64,000 bases of DNA from an uncultured Nitrososphaerales archaeon (GTDB lineage: Archaea > Thermoproteota > Nitrososphaeria > Nitrososphaerales > Nitrososphaeraceae), in NCBI GenBank assembly GCA_963709405.1, contig CAVPXM010000021.1, positions 224,001 through 288,000 on the forward strand, written 5' to 3'. The stretch's first letter is position 1. Each line of letters begins with the position of its first letter. The position numbers were made by a program, and so were the translations under genes. The notes beneath the pieces are model-generated. The model had not been told where the DNA came from and searched no databases. It saw only the letters and a program-made list of their open reading frames with translations. This document shows, piece after piece, positions 46,091 to 57,848 of the stretch.

Positions 46091-46828
46091 ATGGTTAAAA
46101 GTATTAACAATAATAACTTCAAGAATCCTAATCGACGCCAATTAGACAGAGTTGCATTTTATGGTCGAACTCTATCAGAGTATCTTATGATGTTCGGTAT
46201 AAACAATATTGATCGTCTGAAAACATACAATGCAATACTGGATTGTCCTTCAGGTGCTTCCTCCTTCGTTGCGGAATCTAACAACAATTATAGAATTAAT
46301 ACGATTGGCTGTGATCCTTTATTCGGCCTGGATCCTACAATTTTGCAAAAACAAGGTGAGGAAGACATCGAGTATGTTGTAAAGCGAGTATCACTTACTC
46401 CTAATCTTTTCAATTGGAGTTTTTATTCTTCCATAGAAGGTTTAAGGAAATATAGAAAACTGGCATTAGAACAATTTATATCAGACTACAGTATCTCTAG
46501 GGAAAGAAAACGTTACATAAAGGCAGAATTGCCTAAATTACCATTTGATGATAGGAGCTTTGACCTGGTATTAAGTGGACATCTCCTCTTTACGTACAGT
46601 CATAAATTTGACTTCTCATCCATTTTGTCTTCCATAACAGAGTTATGTAGAGTATGTTCTGGAGAAGTTAGAATATACCCCTTGCAAAAGACAAGTTTAG
46701 AGCCTTATGAACATATGATAGATTTACTCTATACCTTGAAGAAACAATATGGGATCACATATAATGTCGTACCAGTCCCATTTGAGTTTCAGAAGGGTAG
46801 CAACAAGATGTTGTGTCTAACAAATTAG
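46091..46828 (+). CDS. SAM-dependent methyltransferase
   Basis: GRTL.EY..MF, LDCP.GASSF, LPF.D.SFDLVLSGHLLFTY, EVRIYPL, FEFQKG. Confidence 0.85.
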   Translation: MVKSINNNNFKNPNRRQLDRVAFYGRTLSEYLMMFGINNIDRLKTYNAILDCPSGASSFVAESNNNYRINTIGCDPLFGLDPTILQKQGEEDIEYVVKRVSLTPNLFNWSFYSSIEGLRKYRKLALEQFISDYSISRERKRYIKAELPKLPFDDRSFDLVLSGHLLFTYSHKFDFSSILSSITELCRVCSGEVRIYPLQKTSLEPYEHMIDLLYTLKKQYGITYNVVPVPFEFQKGSNKMLCLTN

Positions 46829-47169
46829 GAACAACTTGATACATAGTAGTTATTACTTTTACGAACTGACTTTTCCCTGTATAACACTACTGTCCGACCT
46901 CAGACAACCGCTTGTTACCTTTCCGTTTATTTCACCGCTAAGACGACCGGCAGTAGTACTACTCGAAATATAAGCTGCCTCTGCCAGTACGATTTGCCAT
47001 GAAATTGATATTTGTTCATTATACTAGCTTGCCAATAACACATTCATACGTTATTAGCCACCATTTCTGGTAAGTGCTTTCGCCTGCTCTGATTGAAGCA
47101 CTGATGGTGGGACTGACACGATCGCAATCGTAGCCAGAGTCAAAGAAGATAGATTGAAGCGCCAGAAGC

Positions 47170-47500
47170 AATAGAAGATATTGCAAACGAGATGCAAACT
47201 ATCTGAATTTATCATAGATGAAACATTGATCAAAATATGGAATGACTATGTAACACGAATATGGGTTGCTGCTATCGATCCAATGAATAAGACAATTCTT
47301 GGTATTTGCATCTCCATTGAAAGGAACGTGCTTGTGACTGACCAATTTATACAATCTCCGATTAGAAAATATGGAAAACACAAGATGGTGGTACTAGAAA
47401 GATAGTGATTGTAAACTAAAGCATGTCATGAATTGGTTGAGTTTATTTGTAGATATGCACAATAGAGAAATTACGGGAAAGATTGTAAGTGAATAGAGCC
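47170..47500 (+). pseudogene. IS6-family transposase remnant
   Basis: FIIDETLIKI, WVAAIDP, ISIERN, KYGKH; degenerate right end ...ATAGAGCC at ~47500. Confidence 0.7.
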
Positions 47501-47602
47501 CGTTAGAGAATTATCAAAGGTCAAATGAAAAATGTCACCAGACACAGAGAGGTAGATATTAGTTTGTTAGTAGGATTTAAAGTTAAAAATGAATTAAGTT
47601 AC

Positions 47603-48217
47603 TTACCTCTGTGTTAATGGTTTTGCCATTGCATCTAATGTATATGTAACAGTGAACGGTTGTCCGTCCGTTTTATGAAAGACAAGAGCACTACCTGCAA
47701 AGGTAAAGGATCCCGTGCTTATGGGAGTGTTAGTAATAGTTACTGGAGTATTCGAAAATATCGTCATAGTGGATAGAGCTATCCTTGTAGCATTATCAAT
47801 CCATCTAGCATTGAGAGGCGCTCCACGTTTGACATCGGGGATCATTTTAGGATTATATTTATGTTCGACTTCTACTTCGATGGGTTTGCTAGCAGTAAAT
47901 GTCGCGGTACCTACCCAAATCTTTCCATCTTGCCTTATTGGAAGAGCAACTACTATCTGATGTGGGATAGATTGATTATTAATCGGAGCATTTGGAGCTG
48001 GTACTGACATAGACGTATTCTGTACAGTTATTATGTCAGGTAATGTAGTGTTAGACGGTTGTTGTACTTGCTCTGCACTTACTTCTTGATTGGTGAAGGG
48101 TGTTTTAGTTGGTAACAGTAATAGTAATTCCAAGGTTATTAAAATAATTACAAGAACTGTTACTTTAGTGTTTGACATAGGTATGCTTTCTTCGTACTGA
48201 CCATCATCCGTCAGCAT
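47603..48217 (-). CDS. secreted hypothetical protein
   Basis: Signal peptide; HQIVVALP.R.DGKIW.G..TFTASKP, FAGSALVFH...GQPFTVTYT. Confidence 0.75.
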   Translation of the reverse strand: MLTDDGQYEESIPMSNTKVTVLVIILITLELLLLLPTKTPFTNQEVSAEQVQQPSNTTLPDIITVQNTSMSVPAPNAPINNQSIPHQIVVALPIRQDGKIWVGTATFTASKPIEVEVEHKYNPKMIPDVKRGAPLNARWIDNATRIALSTMTIFSNTPVTITNTPISTGSFTFAGSALVFHKTDGQPFTVTYTLDAMAKPLTQR

Positions 48218-48675
48218 CGGGTATTAATAGTTTTTGCGGATGATTTATTTTCTTATTTTTGAATACTTTTACTATTTACATATCACAATTCAGTTATAGA
48301 TTAAGTATTCATTAGCGATGTTCATCTATAATAAGCACTTGATCAGTAGCGATTTTCACGATGCCTTTAAATACCGGTACTCATAGGAATGATATACTAC
48401 TCCAGATGGATTATGTAAAGTACTAATCTAGAATGTTGGATGGCTCGGACTTTCCATCATAGGCACGTCATAGCAGGATTACATAGAATATTAACGTAAA
48501 TAATTTAACTTAAAATTTTGTTTAATAATAATCTTTTAGAGTGTACCGGTACGCGAGCATAATAGAGCAATCATCTACTACCTACGTTGATACACTGAGA
48601 TAGTAGTTTATGATAGTACGATAATAATATAGACGATAGAATAATAACATATTCCTGCAACTATTTTTTGATAGT

Positions 48676-51009
48676 CTATTGTACTATCTGTTTTACACGC
48701 AGGTTTAATATACCTCCATCCTGGTATAACTCACCTACCACTCTGAATTCTTTGCCCTTCTTGATAAGATCTCTCGATCCTTCGTAATCATAATGGTTTA
48801 ATCTTGCGCGCCATTTACCGTTTACTAATACTACTGCTCTTCCTTCCATCATTTTTTCCACATAAACATCATAGGTTTTCCCAGGAATTTTTTTCAAATT
48901 GTCAACAAGAACAATGGTACTATCATCAATCCATTCTATCCTCCTTAGTTTTTCAAGTCTATTAAGCGCTTCTATCACTACAGAATTACTAGTAGCGTTA
49001 ATATTTTCACATATAACTTTGAAATCCAACCCTGCTTTTCCCGTCCTAGCCAACAGGGAATTAATCCTTCTCGCAGTTTTGTCAACTTGTTGTCTGAAAT
49101 TGTTTGTTAATGTTTCTTCGGCTAAAGATGGTGAATGCTTTCTTTTGTCTCGCAAACTTCTTATATCCTTAGCACTGGTAACATAAGATGTTTTAGTATT
49201 TTTGTCATCTATTAATTTTTTCGTTTTCACTTCGAGTTTTTGGTTTATCCGATCGATCTCATTGTAAATCAAACTTAGATCATCTGGTGTCATAGGGTTA
49301 TCAGATAAGTGGCTCCTGTCGATTAGTTTAAGCGACGTACTAAGTGAAGAGAGTGTTTGATTCATCTTCTGAACACGTCTTTTACTACCATGGAGATAAC
49401 GTTCATCTATAGTATCTTTGGCTGCAAGTATAACAACAGAACCTGCTGATTTTCTTCCCGTTCTGCCTTTCCTTTGGATATACCTTATTTCGCTTGGAAT
49501 CGGTTCATAAAAAATCACCAAATCAACTTCAGGTATATCAAGGCCCTCTTCAGCGATAGAAGTTGCGACGAGTACGTTAAACTCACCATTTCTAAAAGAT
49601 TCGAGAATTGATGTCTGTTCATCTTGCTTCATTCCAGTATCTCCTAGTCTTTTTGCTTGTCCTACAAACCTTGATGCTTTTATTCCATTTTCTGAAAGGA
49701 CCTTGACTATACGTCTTGCAGTATCTCTATACTGTGTAAATATCAAAACATGTGAATCTTTTTGTGGATAGTCCGATATAACATGATTAATATTATGATA
49801 TTCCAATTCAGGGTCTATCTTTTCTTGAAGATTAAAATGATAACATTTCTCTCCGTCAGTCGCTTGACTAGATTTAGAAGTATCTCGGTATTTATTTCTC
49901 AAGATATTCACTATATAACGAAGCTTAGGATGGTCTATTGTTAATTTACTAACAAGTATATGTATCTCTTTTATCCTTGTATCTTTCATTAATGACTGAT
50001 GAGACTTACGACCTATGCCGTGCACATCTTCAATTCTATCAAGAAATGCTTTAAGTGAATATGATCCTTGACTTTCAATCAGTTCATTACAGTACATCAA
50101 AGATAGAGCTGAGGATTGTTGCATTAACGCGATATACAATGGTCTTCTCTCCTGTTCAGTTGTAATCTCTAGATTGTGCCGAATTTGATCTCCTACATCA
50201 ATCAAATCCCGTTTGAAGACCCATCTTGCATCCCTCCGTAATAACAACCTGTGCTGAATTAACCATTTGATCTTTTCGTCAAGCATACTCTTCAAATTAG
50301 ATCGTATATACTGATATTCTGACGGTAGATCAAAGAATTTCCATTCTACCTCAATAGGATTAATATATTGTCTTACATCTGGGTCTTCCTCATTTCTGTA
50401 CTCTAGACGTTCAATAAATAAATTGTCACAAACTTCCTGCATCCTCTGCTTGTCTGAGCCCGGACTCGCAGTTAGAGCAAGAATTACTGGATAGATCGAC
50501 TGTTTGAGGTATTCTTTAGCTATAAACGTATAAGCATAATCTTTCACAGCTCTGTGAGCTTCGTCAAAGACTAACAGTGTGAAGTCAGTTAGTGATAATC
50601 TACCTTCTTCAATATCATTTTTTACGACTTCTGGTGTTGCAAAAACAAGTCTGATTTCTGGTTTATCCCAAATTATCCTTCTTGCATAAGGAACAATTTT
50701 CCCTGTGACAGCTGCAGTTTGTTCCTCTAATATTCTTAGATTGGAGAAGAATGAGTTCATATGCTGAGTAACAAGTGGCCTAGTCGGAGCCATTATTAGG
50801 ACACGTTTATCCCTATAATTGTATAGAGTATTTACACACACAAGTAATGATATAATAGTCTTACCAAGAGCTGTCGGAAGTATTACAAGGGTATTTTTGT
50901 TAAACGCAGATTTAGCTAGGTTGTTTTGATATGCTCTAAATTCAACCGAACTTTTCCGTAGAAGGGGGTGATTTACATAATAAGTAGATTCGTGTATCCT
51001 GTCAGACAT
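48676..51009 (-). CDS. Hef/FANCM/Mph1-like SF2 DEAH helicase without nuclease domain
   Basis: R.YQ, LPTALGKT, FDEAHRA, LTASPG, IFTQYR, ATSIAEEGLDIP.VD, IQRKGRTGRK; no ERKxxxD ERCC4 motif. Confidence 0.92.
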   Translation of the reverse strand: MSDRIHESTYYVNHPLLRKSSVEFRAYQNNLAKSAFNKNTLVILPTALGKTIISLLVCVNTLYNYRDKRVLIMAPTRPLVTQHMNSFFSNLRILEEQTAAVTGKIVPYARRIIWDKPEIRLVFATPEVVKNDIEEGRLSLTDFTLLVFDEAHRAVKDYAYTFIAKEYLKQSIYPVILALTASPGSDKQRMQEVCDNLFIERLEYRNEEDPDVRQYINPIEVEWKFFDLPSEYQYIRSNLKSMLDEKIKWLIQHRLLLRRDARWVFKRDLIDVGDQIRHNLEITTEQERRPLYIALMQQSSALSLMYCNELIESQGSYSLKAFLDRIEDVHGIGRKSHQSLMKDTRIKEIHILVSKLTIDHPKLRYIVNILRNKYRDTSKSSQATDGEKCYHFNLQEKIDPELEYHNINHVISDYPQKDSHVLIFTQYRDTARRIVKVLSENGIKASRFVGQAKRLGDTGMKQDEQTSILESFRNGEFNVLVATSIAEEGLDIPEVDLVIFYEPIPSEIRYIQRKGRTGRKSAGSVVILAAKDTIDERYLHGSKRRVQKMNQTLSSLSTSLKLIDRSHLSDNPMTPDDLSLIYNEIDRINQKLEVKTKKLIDDKNTKTSYVTSAKDIRSLRDKRKHSPSLAEETLTNNFRQQVDKTARRINSLLARTGKAGLDFKVICENINATSNSVVIEALNRLEKLRRIEWIDDSTIVLVDNLKKIPGKTYDVYVEKMMEGRAVVLVNGKWRARLNHYDYEGSRDLIKKGKEFRVVGELYQDGGILNLRVKQIVQ

Positions 51010-51771
51010 GGTTTATTATATCTAGTCTTCTATAAAGGATGCAGGTAGTCATTATTCATGTTTTCTAATTTTGACATATCATGTAAAAATCTAAACGCAT
51101 TAAATTTAAGGCACCTTTCCTAGTTTTATGGAGTAATTCTGTGCTCATTAATAAATCTCGTCATTTCTTAAAGTATTCCATATTTGATCCTGTTCTATTC
51201 TTGACTAAACCGGGATTTGTGTTCCTTAGTATCAGCATTTACTAAATTTGATGTATTTAATTCAATATCAATAACAGAGATCTGCTCCCATAGGCAGAAG
51301 TATTTAGAATGAAGATGCCATATATAATCAACGACTTGCGTTACGGCCCCGTATTAATGTCCAAGAATTGATATTCTTTCATCCACTACAAATAGTTACA
51401 TTATCAAATAACTGCTATATGAAAGGACATGAAACGCAAAAGGGTTCTACGTTCTGATAATTATTTGTTGTATAGCATATATGATAATTATCACGATGGA
51501 TGGATGGATGCAATTTAGTCAACCAAGATTCATTCTGCCAAACCATTCTCATAATTAATAGGAAGAGATAGTTTTTTCGATGTCATACATACATTGATAG
51601 TATGATGAAATAGAGCACTTTAGACGATACTATTATATAACTGGAAAAATATGTTTAAATTTCCTATTTATTCCCAAAAACTATTACTCATACTAAATCA
51701 TTTTTTCATATATGTATGGTTAACGCGCATGTAACTAAAATTGTATTATTGATACCAAATTACAATATAAT

Positions 51772-52218
51772 TCATTTATTCTTCCATGTTATTACTTTTT
51801 GTGGATATATCATTATAACATATTCGCCAATCCCAACTTTTCGATACTGATAATATTTTTCAGACAATAGTTTGTGAGCCTTTTCTAAGTGACATTGACT
51901 TTGATCTTCTCCTAACCCATTGCCTACTAATATAGCTCTTCCTTGAATCATTATAAAATAAAGTTTTGTCCAATCTTCATTATATTCATCTATGAGCAGG
52001 GCAACATTTGGATTTGCTTCAATATTCTTGACCCTTTTTAATCTTTCTGGTTTTGGGCTTTGCTTGGTTTTCCTATCTATAGGTATATAGTAATAATCAT
52101 CGTCATCATATACGAATACAACTGGCACCAAATGTGGCCTGCATCCTGAATCAATTGTGGCAAGTCTGGCTACCCTAGCATTATCGATTATTGTTCTAAG
52201 ATGTGCAATATTAACCAC
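51772..52218 (-). CDS. PPOX-class F420-dependent oxidoreductase
   Basis: ARVARLAT....PHLVPVVF, D.K.K, L.R..NI..NP.V.LLID.Y.EDW..L, KY.QY. Confidence 0.85.
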   Translation of the reverse strand: MVNIAHLRTIIDNARVARLATIDSGCRPHLVPVVFVYDDDDYYYIPIDRKTKQSPKPERLKRVKNIEANPNVALLIDEYNEDWTKLYFIMIQGRAILVGNGLGEDQSQCHLEKAHKLLSEKYYQYRKVGIGEYVIMIYPQKVITWKNK

Positions 52219-52654
52219 AATATCATCACCATGTTTAAGCTATTTTAGCAGCGCGGAGTACAGAATCTATGGTTAAAGTATTTCTGACAAATTTAATATG
52301 TATAAACTATTGCAATTAATTACATAGTCAGATTTGGCTTTTCTAAATGGGCTACACTTTGCTGTTTGATTGTTGAATATCTAGCAAATGTAACTAAGCT
52401 TTTAATATATGTTTAACTATAATAGTCAATTTATTCGCCCAGGGTGCACAGGAGATATTGTCTTTTCAGTGTTCTATCTAAAGTTCTGGCACAGAACTAT
52501 ATTCCAACAGGCTAGAGGCGTCATGACTGATGCCTCTGATGGTGGCCTCTTGCACTTGATACTATAATGCATCTTGGAGTATCCGACAGTTGAATTCAAG
52601 CCATTTATGCAATTTTATAATTTGAGGGAGGGATCGATGTTTCAAATATGAAGC

Positions 52655-53218
52655 CTATTTAGATATCTGTCCTCTAATTTCTCCATTTGGATTTTGTTTT
52701 GTATGAACATTTACGTATGCATCGTTATCTTCAATAAGTTTAGTCAGATCTGAAATTTGTTTTCCTTTCAGTGGTCCTTCAAGTTTACTAGATGATATAT
52801 CGCCTTGGGCTAGACTGTCCATTTACTGGACCAGTAGGGGTTAATGTCTTGAAACGAATGAGAGTAACTACAACAGGCCCGTTTTCACCTTTCTTACCTT
52901 GGTGTATATCTGCCATCGTAACTTTATCTATATTATTAACATCTACACTATAGTCCATAATCATTCCATTGCTATTAGGAGTAAATTCAGCAGTACCAGG
53001 ACTTTAGTATTCGTTGGCGGTACTTCGTCTTGACCACTTAGTTTTGCAGTGAACTTTTGTTCTACTTGCGCTAAAGCTGGCTCTAGAAATTTAATTGATG
53101 GTAACATCGTAGCTGTTGACATTGCTATTGCTACAAGACTAAAAGATAGCGTAACCAAACTGACGATTTTGCGAGGATTGCTTCTTAAATTTTGAAATCT
53201 ATCGAGATTTAACCTCAA
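52655..53218 (-). CDS. second secreted CHRD-domain protein, frameshifted near 53000 and 52813
   Basis: FTAKLSGQDEVPP, HQGKKGENGPVV, YVNVHTKQNPNGEIRGQISK; stop 52655-52657. Confidence 0.82.
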
Positions 53219-53759
53219 TGAAATGTAAATGGAACTATGTTATATATCAGTTATCCGGCATATTATAATAGATTATCTAACCGGCCCATAGGTTACTTGA
53301 GAATAACAAGTTAGTTATCTAACTTTACATTAGAGATTCGAACAAGGATATGTTTTAATGCTGGGCTGAGTATATATGGTAAAAATAGGAAGAGCAATAT
53401 TAAGGGAGCTACTCTGACGATGCCTCAAGACTGCTAATCTAACGAAACCAGCCTCATGATTAGGAACTTATTCGTAGGGTATTATTCGGGACACCTAATG
53501 CTAATGGCAAGAATTCCTTGAGCTATCAGAAAAAGACTGGTTACAACAAACTTAACCCAACTTACTATAATTACATGGTTTCTGCAAGTCCAAATAATTT
53601 AACCTCTAGATTGGTGATTAATATGAGACTGTAAATACCAGAGTTTGAGCGTTTATAAATATATTTTAGAAATAAAACGAAAATCAATCGAATCGCCTGT
53701 TCAGACGATCTTATCTCTTAATACATCATAAATGTAAATATGATGAATAAATTTACCGG

Positions 53760-54339
53760 AAGCGAATATCACGTAAGACTTTAAATGCTGCATTTGATAT
53801 TGATCTAAAACCTATGTCTAGTTATTAGCAACGACTAGAATGCGCGCCGGAGAGGCTCTGTCAATACGTATAAAAGATCTGGATCTATATTCTAATCCTT
53901 CAAAATTATTTGTAAGAGGAGAATATACAAAAACTAGAACAGATAGAATTATTTTTCTAACCGATGAACCTCATCAATTAAAATCATGGTTAGATTATAA
54001 ACATCTGACTAGGTGAGTTTGTTACAAAGGCGACCAAGACGAAAAAACGATTGCAGAATACAAAAGTCCTATTAAAAACGATACTGATTTAATACTTGCA
54101 GTTTACCAAGATATTGAAAAACCAAATTATCTCTGGCTCTATAACGATTTGCTTAAGTCTTTTCAAATGACATCAGATCGTATTGGTAAATACAAACAAA
54201 AGTAGAAGAATTAGAGGAATTAAATCAATCATTAAGACAACGTGACCAAGTAAAGGATGATGCGGGAGCACAATTGTCAGATCAACTCGTATCATTATCA
54301 ACTAGGTTACAGGAGATCGAGAGAAGACAACAACTATGA
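53760..54339 (+). pseudogene. tyrosine recombinase/integrase remnant
   Basis: LLATTRMRAGEALSIRIKDLDL...RGEYTKTRTDRIIFLTDE; stops and an internal deletion; coiled-coil tail. Confidence 0.78.
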
Positions 54340-54344
54340 GATCA

Positions 54345-54600
54345 GCATCTGTTCTTCACCAAGTTCCTAACACATATGGAATGTTATTCACTATTTTCCT
54401 AAATGATACCACTGAACGCCCCATGGTGTTATTTGGTTTTTCTGGTGGAAGTATCAACCTAAATTCACCCCATAACTCATCTAGGGTTCTTTTGACAGTT
54501 GGAACGCATCTTGACTTTGTCGTAAGCCACATTTATGAACAAAACGTCTTTCAAGCTATATGTCTATCTACTTTTAGGATAGGTTCTAAACCCCGCATTA
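54345..54600 (-). pseudogene. IS5-family transposase N-terminal remnant
   Basis: DELWGEFRLILPPEKPNNTMGRSVVSFRKIVNNIPYVL on the minus strand. Confidence 0.7.
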
Positions 54601-54951
54601 ACAAATCGTTCTCTACCAGAAGCTACAAATTCACCTACATCTTTTTTACTGCTGAAATAATTAGCTGTGCTGAATAATATTTCAACTTCGTTGACATTCG
54701 CATTGAATGTTTGACGTTCATCTTTAGTGGCACCCACCCTCGATATTCATCAACAAGTGCTTGATCCAAAAGAGTTCATAAACTACTTTACCAATAAATT
54801 ATATTTCAAAGTGACTCCTCGACGAGAAAAACTCTACGATACTTTCTATTTAAAAATTTGGTTACCAAGTGGTAATCCAATTTTCTTTATCTCACCTGTG
54901 TATTATTATAGTATCATAGATGTATATGTATCTTAATGGTGAAAAAGAACA

Positions 54952-56006
54952 ATGTATATGCGTTCAGTCCAAGTTTCTAAAGCTAATGGGCCTTTTGAAA
55001 TCGTGGAACGAGAGGTTCCAAAGCCGAATCCTATGGAAGTGCGTATCAAAGTCCAAGCCTGCGGCATCTGTCACAGCGATTCTATCACAAAGCAAGGATT
55101 ATTCCCGGGAATCAAATATCCTAGGGCTCCAGGACATGAAGTAGCAGGTGTTGTAGATGAAGTTGGAGGAGGTGTCGTCTCTGAATGGAAGCCTGGAAGA
55201 GAGTCTCTGTTGGTTGGTATGGAGGTCATTGTGGCCATTGTGAATCCTGCAGACGTGGGGATTTTATTACCTGTAAGTATGCTCAAGTACCTGGGATTTC
55301 ATATGATGGCTATGCAGACTATATGATTGCTCCCTCTTCAGCTCTGAGCATCGATCCCTGAGCGTCTTTCAGCTATAGAAGTGCACCACTTATGTGTGCC
55401 GGTATTACTACATATAATGCTCTTAGAAATAGCGGCGCACGAGTAGGTGATGCAGTTGCTATCCTTGGAATAGGTGGACTTGGTCATCTAGGAATTCAGT
55501 TGCAGCCAAGATGGGTTTTAGGACTGCTTGCCATCGGACGAGGAAAGGATAAGGAGGATATGGTCAAAAGCTTGGTGCTATTCACTACATTGATAGCCAG
55601 TCTCAAAATGTTGTTAAAGAGCTTGTCAAGTTTGGTAGTAGTAGTGAAAATGGTGGAGCAGTAGAAGGAGCAGATGGTGTCAAAGTCATCCTTGCAACAG
55701 CCCCAAGTGGAAAAGCAATGAGTGAAGTATTGGGTGGTTTATCCGTCAATGGAAAAGCTTATCGTCGTAGGTGCTTCTGATGAAAACATAGAAGTGCCTC
55801 CAAATCTAATGTTACTTGGACGTAGATCGATTATGGGTTGGCCTAGTGGTACTTCTATCGATTCACAAGATACACTCTCCTTTAGCGTTCATTCAGGTGT
55901 AAGATCAATGAATCAAGTGTTTCCACTTGAGCGTGCACCAGAAGCCTATGAGTTAATGATGAGTGGTAAAGCTAGGTTTAGATGTGTACTTACAACAGGT
56001 AACTAG
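54952..56006 (+). pseudogene. Zn-dependent alcohol dehydrogenase with about 7 frameshifts (pseudogene or low-quality consensus)
   Basis: CGICHSD, GHEVAG, CGHCESC..G....C, CAGITTYNAL, GIGGLGHLG, SGKARFR. Confidence 0.85.
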
Positions 56007-56169
56007 AGCGACTAGGTAAAGGAGGCCCCAGAAAGAAGATTATAGGCAGACGAGTGTGATGGTATTCTATATCGCTGTCATAAAGATTTACCAACCTTAA
56101 CAGGTAGTCGTCGTGAAATATTCGTTGCCATGATGTCTATTTTGTTATCGTAATTAATTTGTGAAGAGA

Positions 56170-56690
56170 TCAGACTGTTGGCACTGTTCCACCATCAATC
56201 ACGTTCTCACTTCCGTTGATTGATGACGCTCTGTCTGAACCCAAGAAAGCGACCAGTTCGGCTACCTCTCCAAGACGTCCAGGACGACCAATGGGAGTGC
56301 CGCCAGGGGATTTCAGTAATTCTTGGCGCGCAATCTGCATATCAGATCCGGTTTGTTTGGACAAGCGCTCTATAAGCGCTTGAGGCAGCAGAAGTCTCTA
56401 TGAATCCCGGAGCAACCGTATTGACATGAACTCCTTTGGGCCCCACCTCGTTTGATGATCCCTTGTTGTAAGTTGTTAACGCTGCTTTTGCAGCTGCATA
56501 AGGCAATGTCGCTTCAAAAAGTGAAAGCCTTCCGAATCGACTAGATATGGATAATAACACCAATAGCCCCCCTTAGGCATTCCGGGTAGTAACCCTCGAT
56601 CCAGTCGAACAGCCGCCATAAGAGTTATGCTCAGCTCTTTTCGCCATTGCTCATCGCTCAAGACGCTTAAGCCTCCGCTTAGTGCGAGTT
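56170..56690 (-). pseudogene. SDR oxidoreductase, 5'-truncated and frameshifted
   Basis: YAAAKAAL, VNTVAPGFIET, P.GR.G...EVAELV.FL.SDRAS.I.G....IDGG; no Rossmann N-terminus. Confidence 0.8.
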
Positions 56691-56818
56691 AGCATCTTAC
56701 ATCTAAATGCAAGCAAGCACTTGGCTCTAGGGTATATTAGTCGAAAACCAAAAAATCGATGCATTCAATTTTTCTTCATCATAAGTTAATAAGATGCAGC
56801 TATACGAATACAAAATAT

Positions 56819-57385
56819 TCATTTGGTCCATGGAGAATACGCAAGGAAATAAAAAGCAGGATGGATTGATAGGCCCATTATCTTTTCGGGTCGGATCTTT
56901 ATTGTAATTCGCTTATGATTGGGTTTTCGGTAGTAATATTTTCCAATTCCAAGATACTTTTTGGCAAGCCCTTTGAGATGCTCATCTGCTCCTTCGGTCG
57001 TCTGCTCGATTACCTTTCCTTTTATCGACACCATATTAAATGGATTGTTCTGCTCAACAACGGATACGGCTATTCTTTTATCATTTGTTATATGTTTGTT
57101 TTTTGCTGAAGTTTCAAAAGTATTTATCAAGATGAAATCGTCGACCATCTCTGCCCAAACGGGGGTGACATGCGGAGAGCCATCTTTTGATAATGTGGAT
57201 AAAAAAGCTAAATTTCTGCCATTAAAAAATTGGTATACTTCCTCTTTAGTAAGTTGTGTTACACCTGCTGCTAATTCATTTGCTGCAGTTATTGTTACGT
57301 AGTCTTCTGGTTCTATTGGAGGTACATCAACCACTTCTACTGAAGTTATTATCCTTCTATGACTACTATCATTATCTTTTTGCAT
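56819..57385 (-). CDS. PPOX-class F420-dependent oxidoreductase
   Basis: A.L.TL..DGSPHVTPVW, K...I..D.R.A.SV, NP..V.I.G, LAKKY.G. Confidence 0.85.
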   Translation of the reverse strand: MQKDNDSSHRRIITSVEVVDVPPIEPEDYVTITAANELAAGVTQLTKEEVYQFFNGRNLAFLSTLSKDGSPHVTPVWAEMVDDFILINTFETSAKNKHITNDKRIAVSVVEQNNPFNMVSIKGKVIEQTTEGADEHLKGLAKKYLGIGKYYYRKPNHKRITIKIRPEKIMGLSIHPAFYFLAYSPWTK

Positions 57386-57730
57386 ATTGTAAGAAGATTA
57401 GATAACTATGTATTAATCATTATGCTATATGATATTGCAATATAATACTAATTTTTAATTTGGCGCAAAATATAGTTCGTAAAAACGCATAAGCGATCCG
57501 CTTCATTATTAAAATTTGGTCCTGGAACTGCTAACACTTTCAGGAAAATGTTGGATTTGACAGAAGTATCATGGAATGGTATTAAAATGTGCCAAACAGA
57601 AGCACTATCTATTAGTAATACAAAAAAAACTACTCTATCAGATTTTTGAATCAGGCAAATCAATCTCACAGAATAATTATAGACTTGTGTAGGTAAAAAC
57701 TCATTTTTGTTGGTATGGCTTTGAATGGTT

Positions 57731-57815
57731 ATGAAAATTGTTAATGCGACTTCAGAAGTTCCTGATATGACCAGGGAAGAGATTTAGAGATTCCTTGAAA
57801 GTAAATTGATCGTGA
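57731..57815 (+). pseudogene. short N-terminal remnant, probably of another PPOX-family gene
   Basis: MKIVNATSEVPDMTREEI*RFLESKL. Confidence 0.35.
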
Positions 57816-57848
57816 TCCATTTATAGTAGCCATTTTATCTTTATTGGT

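Noticed and set aside
52514-52537. Hairpin AGAGGCGTCA-TGAC-TGATGCCTCT
   Set aside because: Single copy, no U-tract or other support; cannot assign a function
2635-57302. Many antisense ORFs in the track (e.g. 2635-3030, 18932-19339, 23639-23932, 25472-25951, 32179-32565, 48899-49186, 56961-57302)
   Set aside because: They are shadows of well-supported genes on the opposite strand and show no recognisable motifs
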